64,000 nt of DNA from Pyrinomonadaceae bacterium (GCA_046313635.1 JBKBYA010000001.1:767481-831480), one strand, 5' to 3'. Positions 47,362-56,947 are shown, counted from the stretch's first letter. Numbers and translations are program-made. The notes: generated from the sequence alone by a model not told the origin.

Positions 47362-48987
47362 TTAGCGGCCCGAGCCGGTCGTCAGTCCGTGGACCGCGTC
47401 GGCGTGCTCGACGCTGCCGCCCGCCTGTTTGACGACGCGTTCCTGTATCGCGACGACCGCCTCCTGCGAGCGGTCGAGGAACGGTCTCGGATAAACGCCC
47501 ATATAAACCATCAGGAAAAGCAAAGGAGCGAGCAAGCCGATCTCGCGCCAGCTGAGATCGCTCAGGCGGCGATTCTTTTCGTTAGTGATCTTGCCAAAAA
47601 AGACGCGCTGCACCATCCAGAGCAGATACACGGCGGCAAAGATGACTCCCGTGCCGGCGAGCATCGTGGCGATGTAGTTCCAGTTGTTGCCGTTCATCAC
47701 CGGCAGGACCGTCGAGTTGAACATCCCGATCATGATCAGGAATTCGCCGACGAAGCCGTTCAAGAACGGCAGGCCGATCGACGACATCGTCGTGATGATA
47801 AACAGCGTCGCATAGATAGGCATCACGTTGGCGAGCCCGCCGAATTGATCGATCTCGCGCGTGTGGCGGCGTTCGTAAATGAAGCCGACGAGCAGGAAGA
47901 GCGCTCCGGTCGAGACGCCGTGATTCAGCATCTGGTAGAGCGCGCCCTGCATTCCCATCTCGGTGAACGAGAACATCCCGAGAATGACAAAGCCCATGTG
48001 CGCGACCGACGAGTAAGCGACGAGACGCTTGACGTCGGGCTGTACCATCGCGACCAGAGCGCCGTAGATGATGCCGACGATCGCGAGCGTGATAAAGAGC
48101 CACGCGAACTCACGGCTCTGATCGGGAAACAATCCAAAGTTGAAACGCATCAGGCCGTACGTTCCCATCTTGAGCAGCACGGCGGCGAGGATGACAGAGC
48201 CTGCGGTCGGAGCTTCGGTGTGCGCGTCGGGCAGCCAAGTATGGACCGGGAAGAGCGGCACCTTGATCGAGAATGCGAGCGCGAACGCCCAGAACATCAT
48301 CGTCCCCGCCATCGCGAATCGCGGGTCGGCAAACGTCATGTGTCCGAGCTTCATCGAGTTGAGCAGCGTGACGTAATCGAACGTTCCGACGCCCGTCTGA
48401 TCGGCATGGACGTAATAGAGCCCGATGATCGCCGCCAGCATCAGCAGACTGCCGAAGGCGGTGAAGATGAAGAATTTCACCGCCGCGTAAATGCGATTTT
48501 CGCCGCCCCAGATGCCGATCAAAAAGAACATCGGCACGAGCGACGCCTCAAAAAAGAGGTAAAAGACGAGCAGATCGAGCGAGACAAAAACGCCGAGCAT
48601 CGCGCTCTCGAGCAGCAGCAAAAAGGTGTAAAAGGCCGTCGCCTTTTTCTCCACCGCGTGCCAGGTCGAGACGACCGCGATCGGCATGATGAACGTCGTC
48701 AGCAGCACGAGCCAGAGGCTGAGGCCGTCAACGCCGACGTGATATTTAGTATTGATCGCGGTGATCCACGGCACGTTCTGCTCAAAGAAGAATCCGCTTG
48801 CGCTCTTTACAGCGTCGCCCGAGAGCAGGGCGAGCGAGATCACGAAATTGACGATCGTGAATATCAGCGTGACCCACTTGAGCTGGCCTTCCTGCTTCCA
48901 GAACGCCTGATGACCCAAGACCGCCGCGGCGCCGACGAGCGGCAGCACGATCAGGATCGTCAACAAATTTGCGTTTATGAAATCCAT
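47362..48987 (-). CDS. nuoM: NADH-quinone oxidoreductase subunit M
   Basis: KVPLFPVHTWLPDAHTEAPT, LLKMGTYG; start ATG 48987 (MDFINAN). Confidence 0.96.
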   Translation of the reverse strand: MDFINANLLTILIVLPLVGAAAVLGHQAFWKQEGQLKWVTLIFTIVNFVISLALLSGDAVKSASGFFFEQNVPWITAINTKYHVGVDGLSLWLVLLTTFIMPIAVVSTWHAVEKKATAFYTFLLLLESAMLGVFVSLDLLVFYLFFEASLVPMFFLIGIWGGENRIYAAVKFFIFTAFGSLLMLAAIIGLYYVHADQTGVGTFDYVTLLNSMKLGHMTFADPRFAMAGTMMFWAFALAFSIKVPLFPVHTWLPDAHTEAPTAGSVILAAVLLKMGTYGLMRFNFGLFPDQSREFAWLFITLAIVGIIYGALVAMVQPDVKRLVAYSSVAHMGFVILGMFSFTEMGMQGALYQMLNHGVSTGALFLLVGFIYERRHTREIDQFGGLANVMPIYATLFIITTMSSIGLPFLNGFVGEFLIMIGMFNSTVLPVMNGNNWNYIATMLAGTGVIFAAVYLLWMVQRVFFGKITNEKNRRLSDLSWREIGLLAPLLFLMVYMGVYPRPFLDRSQEAVVAIQERVVKQAGGSVEHADAVHGLTTGSGR

Positions 48988-48996
48988 TTGAAAAAT

Positions 48997-49058
48997 GTTC
49001 GTTGTCGGTTGTTCGTCGTTCGTTGAGTTCAAAGCTCAACGAACGGCGAACAACGAAC
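48997..49058. repeat. Heptamer-array inverted repeat (GTTCGTT / AACGAAC) in the nuoL-nuoM spacer
   Basis: GTTCGTTGTCGGTTGTTCGTCGTTCGTTGAG-TTCAAAG-CTCAACGAACGGCGAACAACGAAC. Confidence 0.75.
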
Positions 49059-49060
49059 CA

Positions 49061-51385
49061 CTAACCAACGAGCTTCAGCCCGTAATAAATGAAATAACCG
49101 AGCACGATCAGAGCTCCGGCCAGGATCATCGCGACGTAACTGCGGACAAACCCGACCTGGATGCGGCGAACGACATCGCCGAGAGCCATCACGAAATATC
49201 CGGCACCGTTGACGACGCCGTCGATAAAGCCGAGATCAAAGCCCTTCCAGAGGCCGTCGCGCGAAAGCTTGGTGATCGGGTCGACGATGTAGCCGTTGTA
49301 GAGCTCGTCGATGCGCCACTTCTCTTCGAGGATGCGCGGCATCCGGCGAAGCGGCGACTTGCTGAAGACAACCCAGCCGATCGAGATGCCGACGATCGCG
49401 AGCACGACCGAGAGAAGCGCAAGCAGCCGCTCGGTGCGGATCTCTTCGGGCGAGTGCGCCGCGTGCTCGGCGTCGGCCGCTGCGGGCGAAGCGTGTTCGC
49501 CCGCAGCGGGCTTCACGGCATGTGCGTCAGCTGCCGGTGAGGCCGCATGTTCGCCCGCCGGTCCCATCGACGGCTCGACGGCGTGTGCATTCTTGGCGTG
49601 AGCGGCCTTGTAGATCACGGGCTCGAGCACGTGCTCAAACTTGTTCACGTCGCCGAGGCCCACGAGCGAGCTCATCGCGTACGGCACGCCGATCAGTCCG
49701 CCAAATGTCGAAAGGATCGCGAGGACGATCAGCGGGATCGTCATATTCGCGGGCGATTCGTGCGGCTTGAAGTCGGGCGGGAGAGCGTGGTGCTCTTCGT
49801 CGTCGTCGTCGTGACCGCCGGCGACGGCGTGGCCGTGATGCATCTCGTCATCGCTCGCATCACCGGTCGCGAACGCATTCTCCTCGGCATGAGCGGCGTC
49901 GTGAGCGTGTGCGTCATCCGGCAGAGCAAGATGGAAACGCTCCTCGCCCCAGAATGTCATCACCATCAGCCGCGTCATGTAGATCGCCGTGAGCACGGCG
50001 GTCGCGAGCCCGACGACCCAGAGGATCGTGTTTGCCGGCACGCCGAAGATCGCCGCCTCATGAGCGGACGCGGTCGTCGAGAACGTGCGATACAGAATTT
50101 CGTCCTTTGAGAAAAATCCCGCAAAGATCGGAATGCCCGAGATCGCCAGCCAGCCCGTGAGCATCGTGGCGAAAGTGATCGGCATATATTTGCGCAGGTT
50201 GCCCATCCGCCGCATGTCCTGCTCGTGATGCATACCGTGAATGACAGAGCCCGAACCGAGGAAGAGCAGCGCCTTGAAAAAGGCGTGGGTCATCACGTGA
50301 AAGATCGCCGCGATAAAAGCACCGACGCCGCACGCAAGGAACATATAGCCGAGCTGCGAGACGGTCGAGTAGGCGAGTACCTTCTTGATGTCGTTCTGCG
50401 CGAGGCCGATCGTCGCCGCAAATATCGCTGTCGCGCAGCCGATGATCGCGACGATGAACATCGCGGTCGGCGCGTTCTGATAGATCGCGTTGCAGCGTAC
50501 GACCATATAAACGCCCGCCGTGACCATCGTCGCGGCGTGGATGAGGGCGGAGACAGGCGTCGGGCCGGCCATCGCGTCGGGCAGCCATGTGAAGAGCGGG
50601 ATCTGCGCCGATTTGCCCGTCGCGCCGATAAAGAGCAGAACGGCCGCCGACGTGATGCCGCCCGCGAAGATCATTCCCCAACTAAAAGGCTCGGCCCCCA
50701 TCGCGCCGATCGCGTTGAGCGAGCTGACGACCGTCTCACCGCCGACCACCTTGTCGTAGAACGAGATCGAGCCCGTGAGCGTGAAGATGAGAAATACACC
50801 GATCAGCACGCCCCAGTCGCCGATGCGGTTCATCACAAAGGCCTTCTTTGCCGCACGCCGCGCTTCGTCACGCTTGATGTAGTAGCCGATCAGCAGATAC
50901 GAGCACAGGCCGACGCCCTCCCAGCCGACGAACATCAGCAGGAAGTTGTCCGCGAGCACGAGCGTCAGCATCGCGAACATAAAGAGATTCAGGTACGCAA
51001 AGAAGCGATAGAATCCCTTGTCGCCGTGCATATAGCCGGTCGCGAAGATGTGGATCAGCAGCCCGACGAACGTGATGAAGCAGGCGTAGATGCCGGATAG
51101 CCGGTCCATACCGAGACCGAAGTCCGCACGGAAGCTGCCCGCCTGGATCCACGTCCAGAGATGGTCGAGCACAGGCTTGCCCTCGGGCATCGACAACGCT
51201 CCCGGATGAGGCGTGCCGATGCCGAAGGCGATCATAAAGGCGATGACCGTCGAGATCGCGATCGTGCCGCACGCCACGACGCCGCTGAAAAGCTCATTCT
51301 TCAAACGCCCGCCGATGAGCCAGTTGATAACGGCTCCCGCGAGCGGGGCGAAGATGATAATGCTCAGTAGATTGTTCTCAATCAT
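49061..51385 (-). CDS. nuoL: NADH-quinone oxidoreductase subunit L
   Basis: GKSAQIPLFTWLPDAMAGPTPVSALIHAATMVTAG; His/Asp-rich loops. Confidence 0.96.
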   Translation of the reverse strand: MIENNLLSIIIFAPLAGAVINWLIGGRLKNELFSGVVACGTIAISTVIAFMIAFGIGTPHPGALSMPEGKPVLDHLWTWIQAGSFRADFGLGMDRLSGIYACFITFVGLLIHIFATGYMHGDKGFYRFFAYLNLFMFAMLTLVLADNFLLMFVGWEGVGLCSYLLIGYYIKRDEARRAAKKAFVMNRIGDWGVLIGVFLIFTLTGSISFYDKVVGGETVVSSLNAIGAMGAEPFSWGMIFAGGITSAAVLLFIGATGKSAQIPLFTWLPDAMAGPTPVSALIHAATMVTAGVYMVVRCNAIYQNAPTAMFIVAIIGCATAIFAATIGLAQNDIKKVLAYSTVSQLGYMFLACGVGAFIAAIFHVMTHAFFKALLFLGSGSVIHGMHHEQDMRRMGNLRKYMPITFATMLTGWLAISGIPIFAGFFSKDEILYRTFSTTASAHEAAIFGVPANTILWVVGLATAVLTAIYMTRLMVMTFWGEERFHLALPDDAHAHDAAHAEENAFATGDASDDEMHHGHAVAGGHDDDDEEHHALPPDFKPHESPANMTIPLIVLAILSTFGGLIGVPYAMSSLVGLGDVNKFEHVLEPVIYKAAHAKNAHAVEPSMGPAGEHAASPAADAHAVKPAAGEHASPAAADAEHAAHSPEEIRTERLLALLSVVLAIVGISIGWVVFSKSPLRRMPRILEEKWRIDELYNGYIVDPITKLSRDGLWKGFDLGFIDGVVNGAGYFVMALGDVVRRIQVGFVRSYVAMILAGALIVLGYFIYYGLKLVG

Positions 51386-51869
51386 TTGATCTTGTATCGG
51401 GCACGGCCAGCATCATCTCAAGCATCGTCGTCCGAAAGCCGGCCCGTTCAAAAAACTCCTGCGCCGCGTTGTTGCGTGCGGCGACCGAGAGCATAAGCTT
51501 CGAAGCGCCAAATTCACGCGCCGCCTCGACCGCTGCCTCGATCAATAACTTTCCGGCCCCGTGCCGCCGAACTTCCTCCTCGACATACAGGTCGTGAAGC
51601 CAGACCGCATTCTCAAGAAGGTTGGCGTAATCGATCTCCTCGTACTCGAGGTAGGCGAATCCAACGATCTTGCCGGCGGCCTCCGCGACAAATACGGCGG
51701 CTGTATCAGCTTCAGCTCGGCTGCCGTACCACCGCTCGGCGCCTTCGCGGTTGGAAAGCTCGGCAAACCGGATCGCATCGTACTCGCGATGCTGTGCAAA
51801 GAGCTTAAGTGCGAGATCCGCGACCGCTGGCGCATCGTCCTTACCCGCGCGGCGGATCAGCACTGCCAT
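51378..51869 (-). CDS. GNAT family N-acetyltransferase inserted between nuoK and nuoL
   Basis: LHDLYVEEEVRRHGAGKLL, NNAAQEFFERAGF; stop overlaps the nuoL start region. Confidence 0.88.
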   Translation of the reverse strand: MAVLIRRAGKDDAPAVADLALKLFAQHREYDAIRFAELSNREGAERWYGSRAEADTAAVFVAEAAGKIVGFAYLEYEEIDYANLLENAVWLHDLYVEEEVRRHGAGKLLIEAAVEAAREFGASKLMLSVAARNNAAQEFFERAGFRTTMLEMMLAVPDTRSND

Positions 51870-51876
51870 TCGAAAA

Positions 51877-52182
51877 CTAGTTCCTCATAATGCTCGCGTC
51901 GTCGACGTCCACCGAGACGCGATTGCGGAAGAACGCGATGATGATGCCGAGGCCCACAGCCGCTTCGGCGGCGGCGACGCTCATCACCATAAAAACGAAA
52001 AGCTGACCAGTCACGTCCGAGTAGTAGCGCGAGAATGCGACGAAGGTGAGATTCACGGCATTGAGCATCAGCTCGATGCACATGAACATCCCGATCGCGT
52101 TGCGCTTAAAGATGACGCCCGCGGCGCCGATCGTGAACAAGATGCCTGATAGTGCGAGATAGCTCGCGAGACTCGGTTCCAT
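51877..52182 (-). CDS. nuoK: NADH-quinone oxidoreductase subunit K
   Basis: [20 protein letters not shown]; start ATG 52182. Confidence 0.95.
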   Translation of the reverse strand: MEPSLASYLALSGILFTIGAAGVIFKRNAIGMFMCIELMLNAVNLTFVAFSRYYSDVTGQLFVFMVMSVAAAEAAVGLGIIIAFFRNRVSVDVDDASIMRN

Positions 52183-52237
52183 AACAGTTGTCGGTGGTCG
52201 GCGGTCAGAACGCGATCGCCGATCCATTCAAATTTAA

Positions 52238-52822
52238 CTAGAGCGAGATCCTGAAGTCGCCGATCTCGTCCTCTTCGTGACGGCGAGTGAGTTCTTCCTC
52301 GACCATTCGCTCGATCTGCGTCTGGTTAAATCGGCGGACCAGTATCACCGACCCGATGATCGCCATCAGCAGCAGTATGCCGACGATCTCGACCGGCAGC
52401 AGGTACTCGGTGTACATCGCCGCGCCGATGCTGAGCGTCTTGCCGACCGTCTGCGTCTCGTCGACATCGCGATTCGGCGCACGCATCACGGCGTAAAAGA
52501 CAAAAAACGTCTGGACCAGAAGTATCAGTCCAAGCCCCGCGCCGACCGCGTTGAGGTACTTCAGGCGTGCAAGCGGCTTGTCGTCCTCTAGATTCAAAAG
52601 CATGATCACAAAGATCACGAGCACCATGATCGCGCCGGCGTAGATCAGCACCTGCACCGCCGCGATGAACGGCGCCGCGAGCGTGACGTAGATGCACGAG
52701 AGCGACAGGAATACGCCGATCAGCGAGATCGCGCTGTAGAGCGGATTGCGGTGATAAACGGTCGACAGGGCGCACGCTATCGCGAGGCCGGCAAAGACGA
52801 AGAAAAGAGCTTCACTGATCAT
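52238..52822 (-). CDS. nuoJ: NADH-quinone oxidoreductase subunit J
   Basis: QVLIYAGAIMVLVIFVIMLL. Confidence 0.95.
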   Translation of the reverse strand: MISEALFFVFAGLAIACALSTVYHRNPLYSAISLIGVFLSLSCIYVTLAAPFIAAVQVLIYAGAIMVLVIFVIMLLNLEDDKPLARLKYLNAVGAGLGLILLVQTFFVFYAVMRAPNRDVDETQTVGKTLSIGAAMYTEYLLPVEIVGILLLMAIIGSVILVRRFNQTQIERMVEEELTRRHEEDEIGDFRISL

Positions 52823-52892
52823 CAGAGTGACGAGCGACGAGTGACGGTCGACGAGCGGCCCGGTCCGGGCCCGCTCATCGCATCGGCACAGG

Positions 52893-53990
52893 TCACGAAT
52901 TCAAAAAGTAGACCGTCACGATGGTGACGATCACGTTCAGCAGTGCGAGCGGGAGCAGGAACTTCCACCCGAAATTCATCAGCTGATCGAAACGGAAACG
53001 CGGCAGCGTGCCGCGGATCCAGATGTAAAGGAACAGGAACGCGCAGATCTTGCCGATAAAGGCAAAGTGGCTGACGATCGCGTACGGCACCGAACCCGGC
53101 TCAAAGATGTGACCGAGCCCCGGCACGTACCAGCCGCCGAGAAACAGCACCGTCGCCATCACCGAGACCGTGAACATATTCACGTACTCGGCCATGAAAA
53201 ACAGAGCGAACTTGAGCGCGCTGTACTCGGTGTGAAATCCGGCGACGAGCTCGGTCTCGGCCTCCGGCAGGTCAAACGGGACGCGATTGGTCTCGGCGAA
53301 CGCCGCAATGAGAAAGACGACGAACGCGATGAACTGCGGGATGATAAACAGCCGCATATACCACGGTGACGCGATCTGGGCTTCGATGATCCCGTTCAGG
53401 TCGAGCGTGCCGGCGAGCATTACCGGGCCGAGCACCGCGGCGCCCATCGCGAGCTCGTACGAGATCATCTGTGCCGACGAACGGAGGCCGCCCATCAGCG
53501 AATACTTGCTGTTCGACGCCCAGCCGGCGAGAGCGATGCCGTAGACGCCGACCGATGTGATGCCTAGTACGAAAAGCACGCCGACATCGATCCTCGCGAG
53601 AGTGAGCGGCAGTACCGTGACGCCCTCGGCCAATCCGAACGGAATGATCTCGCCCCAATTTATCGTCGTGATCGCCGGGCCGAACGGGTAAACCACCATC
53701 GGCAAAAGCGCCGCCGTCAGCGCGACCATCGGCGCGAGGTAGTAGACGAACTTGGTCGACTTGTCGGGTACGAGGTCCTCTTTGAAGATGAACTTCAGAA
53801 GGTCTGCGAATGGCTGCAGCAGTCCCCACGGGCCGACGCGGTTAGGGCCGATGCGTCCCTGGATCCAGCCGAGCACCTTGCGCTCGGCGAGCACCGTGTA
53901 CGCGACGATTATCAGCACCATCTGAAACGCGATCAGCGCTCCGACGAGGTACACGATAAATGGAAATGCGGTCTTTAGTACGGATTCCAT
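52893..53990 (-). CDS. nuoH: NADH-quinone oxidoreductase subunit H
   Basis: ERKVLGWIQGRIGPNRVG, ETNRVPFDLPEAE, PRFRFDQLM. Confidence 0.96.
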   Translation of the reverse strand: MESVLKTAFPFIVYLVGALIAFQMVLIIVAYTVLAERKVLGWIQGRIGPNRVGPWGLLQPFADLLKFIFKEDLVPDKSTKFVYYLAPMVALTAALLPMVVYPFGPAITTINWGEIIPFGLAEGVTVLPLTLARIDVGVLFVLGITSVGVYGIALAGWASNSKYSLMGGLRSSAQMISYELAMGAAVLGPVMLAGTLDLNGIIEAQIASPWYMRLFIIPQFIAFVVFLIAAFAETNRVPFDLPEAETELVAGFHTEYSALKFALFFMAEYVNMFTVSVMATVLFLGGWYVPGLGHIFEPGSVPYAIVSHFAFIGKICAFLFLYIWIRGTLPRFRFDQLMNFGWKFLLPLALLNVIVTIVTVYFLNS

Positions 53991-53993
53991 CTT

Positions 53994-54218
53994 CTACAAA
54001 AGCCTTTTGAATTCCTCGAGTGTCAGGCCCACCTGACGAATTATCCCTCTCAGCGTCCCCTTTGCCAGTTCCTTGTGATCCGGCACGACTATTCGCCGGA
54101 ACGGCTGCTCGGCCTGGCGCAAAATGTTGTGGCTGCCCTTCTGCCGGTCGAATTCGTAACCGACCTTATTAAGTGCCTTGACCGCCTCGCGACCCTATAT
54201 GCGAGGGATCTCGCTCAA
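53994..54218 (-). pseudogene. hicA: HicA toxin interrupted by an in-frame TAG at codon 8
   Basis: TTG start overlapping the hicB stop; reads MSEIPRI*GREAVKALNKVGYEFDRQKGSHNILRQAEQPFRRIVVPDHKELAKGTLRGIIRQVGLTLEEFKRLL*, with the GSH and ..GTL HicA motifs. Confidence 0.85.
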
Positions 54219-54427
54219 GCCGCAACCTCCACGACCTCTTCCGTGATCGACGGCGGAACAGGTTCGCCGTGTGCCTCGAGGCTCTCGATGTAAGCCTCGA
54301 TCGCCTCGCGGATGTTATCGAGAGCCTCACCGCGGGTCGTGCCCTGTGAAATGCAGCCGGGCAGCGACGGAGCTTCCGCCACAAAGGCTCCGTCCTCGTC
54401 CTGCTCGATCAAAACACGAAACTTCAT
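54215..54427 (-). CDS. hicB: HicB family antitoxin (short form)
   Basis: EQDEDGAFVAEAPSLPGCISQGTTRGEALDNIREAI. Confidence 0.9.
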   Translation of the reverse strand: MKFRVLIEQDEDGAFVAEAPSLPGCISQGTTRGEALDNIREAIEAYIESLEAHGEPVPPSITEEVVEVAA

Positions 54428-54451
54428 CTAAGTCTCCATTATCGCCGCTGC

Positions 54452-56719
54452 CTACTTGTTGACGCCGAGGTTTGCACGGTCCTCGATACCGACGGCCATG
54501 ACGAGTTCTTCCTGCTTGACGGTGCCGTCGAGGTTGAACTGATCGAGCGGCGCGACGAGCAGGTTGTCCGGCTTCGGATTGCCGTGGGCCAGCAGGTGGA
54601 ACTGCGGCGTCTTGCTCGTCATCGTCGTCAGGCGGTGAAGCTTGTGACCGACATTCGGCGTCTCGGTATTCTTGCCCGCGTTGTCGGGCAGGGCATTCAC
54701 GCTCGTGCGAAGCTCCGCAACGAATGACGATGCGTCGGCATTCGCGTTGACGCTGTGCTTGACCTGGACCGGCATCGACTCGTCCTTGAGCGCCGGGTAA
54801 CGCAGGCCCGCGTAGGCCGGAACGGTGTCGGCGATCACGCGAAAGATGCCCGATGCCGACGGTTCGAGACCGAGGTCGAGGCCCATCGCCTTGGCGATCG
54901 ATGAGGTGATCAGCCAGTCGGCCTTTGATTGATGCAGAGCTTCGATCGCCTTGCGGACGCGCTGCACGTTGCCGGCGTTGTTTGTGTATGTGCCGTCCAC
55001 CTCGGCAAAGCTCGACGCCGGAAATACGACGTCGGCGTGGTCGGTCGTCTCGGTCAGGAACATCTCCTGCACGGCGACAAATTCCTTGCCCGCCAAGAGC
55101 CCCGCATCCTGCAGGCTGCCGCCGATCAGGAGCACGCGCGAATTGCGGACGACCTCGTCGACCGGTTTGCGAGCGGGCATCATGTCGGCCGCGCCGAGCG
55201 AGTTGTTGTGCCGCGGCAGCGGATGGATCGTGACCTTTCGTGCGTCTGAGGCGAATCGGCCCGCGGACGCCGCGATCGCAGCCTGCGCCGCCGGCGAGAG
55301 ATCGCTGCCGATCATCACGACGATGCCGCCCTCGGTCTCGCCGATGGTCTGCAGCATCCGGTCAAATTCAGCGCGGTCGATGCCGAGTTTGCCCGCCGCC
55401 GCATCGTCGATCGAATCGGCGAAGGCAAGCGCAAACGCATCGTACGAGCAGCGATCGATGTGAATGAACTGGGTCGCAGACTCTTTAAGCCGGATCGGCG
55501 TGTCGTTGACGAGGACGAAATTCGCTCCGCCGTTGCGCACGGCCTGTCGGATCTGCTTGGCCGTAAAGGTTTGCTCCTCTTCAGGCTCGCCGCCGATGAG
55601 AATGATCGTCTTGGCGTGGCGAATGTCGCTGTGCAGCGCGAGCGGAGCGCTGAGATTCTCGTACACGGCCCGCATATCGGTCGCGTCCGAAACCGCCATC
55701 GGAGCACCGGCAGCCTCGGCGAATTTGCGCATCGCGAAGATCGCCTCGTTCGTCATCCGCGGGCTCGCGACGACGCCGAGGTTCGAACCTGCTTCGCTGA
55801 ATTTGCCGGCAACGAATTCGATCGCCTGGTCCCACGTGGCCGGAATGAGCTTGCCGCCTTTCGCGTAGCGGATCATCGGCGTCTTGACGCGGTCGGGCGA
55901 GTCGATGAAGCCGTGACCAAAGCGGGCCTTGACGTCGAGAAACTCTCCGTTAAGACCGTTGACGTAACGATCGCGAGCGACGATGCGGTGCACCTGGCCG
56001 CCGCGCGAGCCGATGCTGATCTGCATTCCGTCGGAGCCGTAGCAGTCGGTCGAAACGGTCTGGTCGAGCTCCCACGGCCGCGTCTCGTGACGATAGACGC
56101 CGTCGAGCAAAGTGCCGGTCGGGCAGACCTCGACGCAGTTCCCGCACTGCGAACAGCCCAGCCACCCGCCGTACGTTCCGATCACGGTGTTGACGCCGCG
56201 GTTGCCAGCCTCGATCGCCTGCTCGCCCATCCACTCGTCGCAGACGCGCGTGCAGCGTTTGCAGAGAATGCAGCGCTGCGGGTCGTTGGCGACGATCGGC
56301 GAGAGATACTTTTCGGGCTGGGTGTTCTTACGCTCGCTGAAGCGCTCCTCGACATCGCCCCAGTCGAATATGACCTCCTGCAGCTCGCATTCGCCGCCGC
56401 GGTCGCAGACAGGGCAGTCGAGCGGGTGATTGGCGAGCAGGAATTCGCCCATCGCACGCTGCGCCTTTTCGATCTCTTCGCTCTGCGTTGTGACGACCAT
56501 CCCGTCGGTGCAGGTGATGGTGCACGACGTCTGCAGCTTTGGCATCTTTTCGATGCGGACGAGGCACATGCGGCACGAGGCCTGCAGCTCGAGGTCCTTG
56601 TAATAGCAGAACGACGGAATGCCGTAGCCTTTTTCGTGGCAGACGTCGATCAGACGCTCGCCCTTCGGCACCTCGTATTCCTGGCCGTTGATCGTAACCT
56701 TGATTGATTCTGTAGACAT
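54452..56719 (-). CDS. nuoG: NADH-quinone oxidoreductase subunit G
   Basis: FCY..., SCRMCLV, HPLDCPVCDRGGECELQ, CILCKRC, CGNCVEVCPTG. Confidence 0.95.
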   Translation of the reverse strand: MSTESIKVTINGQEYEVPKGERLIDVCHEKGYGIPSFCYYKDLELQASCRMCLVRIEKMPKLQTSCTITCTDGMVVTTQSEEIEKAQRAMGEFLLANHPLDCPVCDRGGECELQEVIFDWGDVEERFSERKNTQPEKYLSPIVANDPQRCILCKRCTRVCDEWMGEQAIEAGNRGVNTVIGTYGGWLGCSQCGNCVEVCPTGTLLDGVYRHETRPWELDQTVSTDCYGSDGMQISIGSRGGQVHRIVARDRYVNGLNGEFLDVKARFGHGFIDSPDRVKTPMIRYAKGGKLIPATWDQAIEFVAGKFSEAGSNLGVVASPRMTNEAIFAMRKFAEAAGAPMAVSDATDMRAVYENLSAPLALHSDIRHAKTIILIGGEPEEEQTFTAKQIRQAVRNGGANFVLVNDTPIRLKESATQFIHIDRCSYDAFALAFADSIDDAAAGKLGIDRAEFDRMLQTIGETEGGIVVMIGSDLSPAAQAAIAASAGRFASDARKVTIHPLPRHNNSLGAADMMPARKPVDEVVRNSRVLLIGGSLQDAGLLAGKEFVAVQEMFLTETTDHADVVFPASSFAEVDGTYTNNAGNVQRVRKAIEALHQSKADWLITSSIAKAMGLDLGLEPSASGIFRVIADTVPAYAGLRYPALKDESMPVQVKHSVNANADASSFVAELRTSVNALPDNAGKNTETPNVGHKLHRLTTMTSKTPQFHLLAHGNPKPDNLLVAPLDQFNLDGTVKQEELVMAVGIEDRANLGVNK

Positions 56720-56750
56720 TTATGTTGATCGCCTGCGCGGGGCGATGGAC

Positions 56751-56915
56751 TTATTCTTCCTTCTTCTTGCGTTTTGCTTTAGGCGCCGAAGCGGCCGCGT
56801 CGGCCGACTCGCTCTGAGCGGGCGGCACGTGGGCCTTTTTCGGTTTCGGACGCGTCTTGCCAAAGCTGCCCGCAAAGATCTTTCCGCGGCGGGAGCGCTT
56901 GTCACCTTTTCCCAT
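56751..56915 (-). CDS. thx: 30S ribosomal protein bTHX (THX/S31/PSRP4 family), 54 aa, not in the ORF track
   Basis: MGKGDKRSRRGKIFAGSFGKTRPKPKKAHVPPAQSESADAAASAPKAKRKKKEE; matches the THX pattern MGKGD.(R/K)(T/S).RGKI..G(T/S)(Y/F)G..RP; GGAGAGG RBS 9 nt upstream. Confidence 0.88.
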   Translation of the reverse strand: MGKGDKRSRRGKIFAGSFGKTRPKPKKAHVPPAQSESADAAASAPKAKRKKKEE

Positions 56916-56947
56916 TTATTTGATCCTCTCCGTTTTTAAGATTCTCC

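Noticed and set aside
54195..54197. Pyrrolysine or stop-codon reassignment explaining the hicA TAG
   Set aside because: TAG ends many normal genes here (oppB, oppC, sdhB, nuoF) and no pyl genes are in the window
55900..56060. Loss of the N7 Fe-S motif in NuoG (STDCYGSDG...FLDVKARF)
   Set aside because: N7 is non-essential and absent in many complex I lineages, so this is not unusual
56720..56905. ORF-track 61-aa Arg-rich ORF between nuoF and nuoG
   Set aside because: Wrong frame; the overlapping 56751-56915 frame has the RBS and the THX signature
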